A stretch of 64,000 nt of DNA, taken from contig JAUHXK010000008.1 in NCBI GenBank assembly GCA_030427405.1, positions 181,645-245,644 on the forward strand, written 5' to 3'. The notes below the pieces were generated by a model. It saw only the letters and a list, made by a program, of their open reading frames with translations. It searched no databases and was not told where the DNA came from. This DNA comes from Alphaproteobacteria bacterium. GTDB lineage: Bacteria; Pseudomonadota; Alphaproteobacteria; Rhodobacterales; Rhodobacteraceae. The position numbers were made by a program, and so were the translations under genes. This document shows, piece by piece, positions 62,061-64,000 of the stretch. Numbering within the stretch: the stretch's first letter is position 1; every line of letters starts with the position of its first letter.

Positions 62061-63227
62061 TTACTCCGTAAACGCAGTGCACAGGCTTTCGGCCTGATCG
62101 ACGCCAAGTGTATCCAGTTCTGTCCGTTCGTGCAGAAACCCTTCGATTGGCGCCATGGCGACAACCGCCCGATCCGTGACCAACGGGATCGGCTGGCGCA
62201 GTTGTCCGTTCCAGGGGCGGAAATTCATTGCCCGCCCTTTGAACCCCGCCAATTCGAATTCGGCAGACAGAAGATAGGATCGCAGAACCGCAGGATCGTC
62301 AGAATTTGTGCGGGTTACCGCCTCACCCAGGGCGCGCATCCCCGCCCAGGCGGCATAATCCCGCGGCAGCATCCCCCGGCCTGCGTGATCGGCGAACCGG
62401 TTCTGCATCTGAACCGCGCCCCATTGTTCGATCACCGGCGACCAGGTGACAGGTTGCAGGCCCTCAGTCCCTGCAACCGGACGCGGCTGCCAGGTGTTGT
62501 AGGCAATATAGCGGCCGAAATCGTCCAGCGCATCGGCGACCAGCAACACGTCGTAATCACCGAATTCCTGCGTGAACAAAGGCACTTCCTGCGCTGCGTT
62601 GCGCCGCATATCCGCGTCGAAAACCCAAGTCTTTTCGCCCTGCAAGCTCAGGCGGAACTTTGCGACAGACGTCCTGAGCGCATCGGCAAAGGCCCGGTCG
62701 CCGGGGTGATCGCCGGCCACCAGCACCAGGTCATCCCAGCGCCGGCGCACCAGAAACTGAACCAGCGCGTCGCCGCGCATCAGGTCGGATGGCAGCGTGT
62801 GCAACAGGTTCGCCCGGCAATGATCCTGCCGCAGGGCAATATCAGGCGCCGAGGCATTGAAAAGGACCGCGCCCTGCGCTTCGGGCAGGTCAGCCACGGC
62901 AAGCTGGGCCGCCGCCGGAGCATCCAGGATCAAAAATGGGCTTTCGGCCAGAACCTTGCGCGCGGCGGCGGTGAAATCACCATCTTCAGGAACGGTTTCA
63001 ACCGTCAGACTATAAGCATGACCCAGGAATTTGGCCGTGGTCAGGTTATCCGCCAACCCAAGGGCGGCCCCAGCCACTCCCAAGTCATCGGGAATTGGGT
63101 CAAGGTTCGAAAGAACCGGCGGACGGGCGACCTGCAACTGCAGATAGGTAACGGGGATCGCAACCTCTGCCAGGGCAGACATAGGCAACGCCAGAACCGC
63201 AAGCACGATACGGAAAATTCGGTTCAT
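62061..63227 (-). CDS. ABC substrate-binding protein, branched-chain-amino-acid fold (PedA/LutA-like)
   Basis: Signal peptide; DNLTTAKFLG, LQGEKTW, GAVQMQNRF and FRPWNGQLRQPI. Confidence 0.85.
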   Translation of the reverse strand: MNRIFRIVLAVLALPMSALAEVAIPVTYLQLQVARPPVLSNLDPIPDDLGVAGAALGLADNLTTAKFLGHAYSLTVETVPEDGDFTAAARKVLAESPFLILDAPAAAQLAVADLPEAQGAVLFNASAPDIALRQDHCRANLLHTLPSDLMRGDALVQFLVRRRWDDLVLVAGDHPGDRAFADALRTSVAKFRLSLQGEKTWVFDADMRRNAAQEVPLFTQEFGDYDVLLVADALDDFGRYIAYNTWQPRPVAGTEGLQPVTWSPVIEQWGAVQMQNRFADHAGRGMLPRDYAAWAGMRALGEAVTRTNSDDPAVLRSYLLSAEFELAGFKGRAMNFRPWNGQLRQPIPLVTDRAVVAMAPIEGFLHERTELDTLGVDQAESLCTAFTE

Positions 63228-63284
63228 CTGCTGGTCGTCCTCCTCAGGGGGCATTTAAGAACGGCGCCAAGCTGCGATGAAATC

Positions 63285-63329
63285 CGACCTTAGTCGCAAC
63301 TAGCGGCCCATGTTCAACCAAGGTCGAAT
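63285..63329. promoter_or_regulatory. Two degenerate, more palindromic versions of the regulator box in the SBP/pedF divergent gap
   Basis: CGAC-CTTA-GTCG (63285-63296) and TTCAAC-CAAG-GTCGAA (63313-63328). Confidence 0.45.
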
Positions 63330-63384
63330 TTCGCGCTGATTCTACGTCGGCTATGACCGGGGAAAGCGTCTGAAGGAGGACAAG

Positions 63385-64000
63385 ATGCGTCTCGGATTTT
63401 ACTGTGCCCTGTTCGCTGCCATGACAGCCGGAAACATGGCGCTTGCCCATGGTGATGTGGCGCCACAACCGGTCGATACCGATGCCCTGCCCGATGTGGG
63501 GGAAGAATGGCTGATCGAAAACCCTTATCGCGGGCTGGGCGAAGACACCTGGGCCGAGGCGATCAAGATCGGGGATTCGGGCTATAATCAGAACTGCGCG
63601 CGCTGCCACGGGCTGGGCGTTGTTTCGGGCGGTCTGGCCCCCGACCTGCGTTACCTCGAAGCCGAGGAATATGGCGACGAATGGTATATCGAACGCTTTC
63701 GCGAAGGATACACGCAGAACGGCATCACCAAGATGCCGGCCTTCGGGGACCTGCTCGGCCAAAAAGCGGCCTGGGCAATCCGGACCTATATCGAAACCCG
63801 GCCCGACGACGGGGCGCTGGATGACCATTCGGAACGGCTCAAGCAGATCCGCGATCAATTGGCGGCGATGGCAGACGGCGCCGATGGCGACACAAATGCG
63901 CTTCAGGCTGAACTGACCGAGATCGCCGGAACCATCGAGACCGGCTCGGGTGCACCGGTCGCCGACAGTGTCGCGCTGCGGGCCGCCCTGCTGATCTCGG
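63385..64000 (+). CDS. pedF: Cytochrome c-550, PedF/ExaB-like; runs off the right edge
   Basis: MRLGFYCALFAAMTAGNMALAHGDVAPQPVDT...ENPYR...NCARCHG...APDLR...KMPAF...AWAIRTY; GGAGG upstream; absent from the ORF track because no stop falls in the window. Confidence 0.88.
   Translation, partial: MRLGFYCALFAAMTAGNMALAHGDVAPQPVDTDALPDVGEEWLIENPYRGLGEDTWAEAIKIGDSGYNQNCARCHGLGVVSGGLAPDLRYLEAEEYGDEWYIERFREGYTQNGITKMPAFGDLLGQKAAWAIRTYIETRPDDGALDDHSERLKQIRDQLAAMADGADGDTNALQAELTEIAGTIETGSGAPVADSVALRAALLIS

Overview
A GC-rich alphaproteobacterial chromosome segment, most consistent with the Roseobacter group of Rhodobacterales (inferred from gene content). I saw no rRNA, tRNA, CRISPR array or transposase. 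Left to right it carries: (1) an inositol-type catabolic locus with two IolB paralogues, IolC, a class II aldolase, two Gfo/Idh/MocA dehydrogenases and a LacI repressor with matching operators; (2) ureDABCEFG interrupted by two small genes; (3) pqqABCDE, divergent from a NosR-like flavin/Fe-S membrane protein plus ApbE, with no nosZ in the window; (4) a form II coxSLM-like molybdo-hydroxylase with accessory genes; (5) housekeeping genes (pyrC, hpt, lipA, prx, oxyR, guaA, metA, ppk2) around the gene-transfer-agent activator gafA; (6) a truncated globin translationally coupled to a PAS/coiled-coil adenylate cyclase; (7) a FIST sensor, hybrid kinase and NarL-type regulator followed by a PQQ alcohol dehydrogenase with the lanthanide-type D-x-D motif, two cytochromes c and a PedABC/Lut-like ABC system. 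The best leads are a 12-bp motif (CWWTRGTCGTAK) found upstream of four transcription units 40 kb apart, which would tie pqq, the NosR-like module and the dehydrogenase cluster into one regulon; the globin/cyclase pair; and a secreted poly-Asp protein inside the putative lanthanide transporter operon. All family assignments come from motif recognition by eye; no database searches were run.
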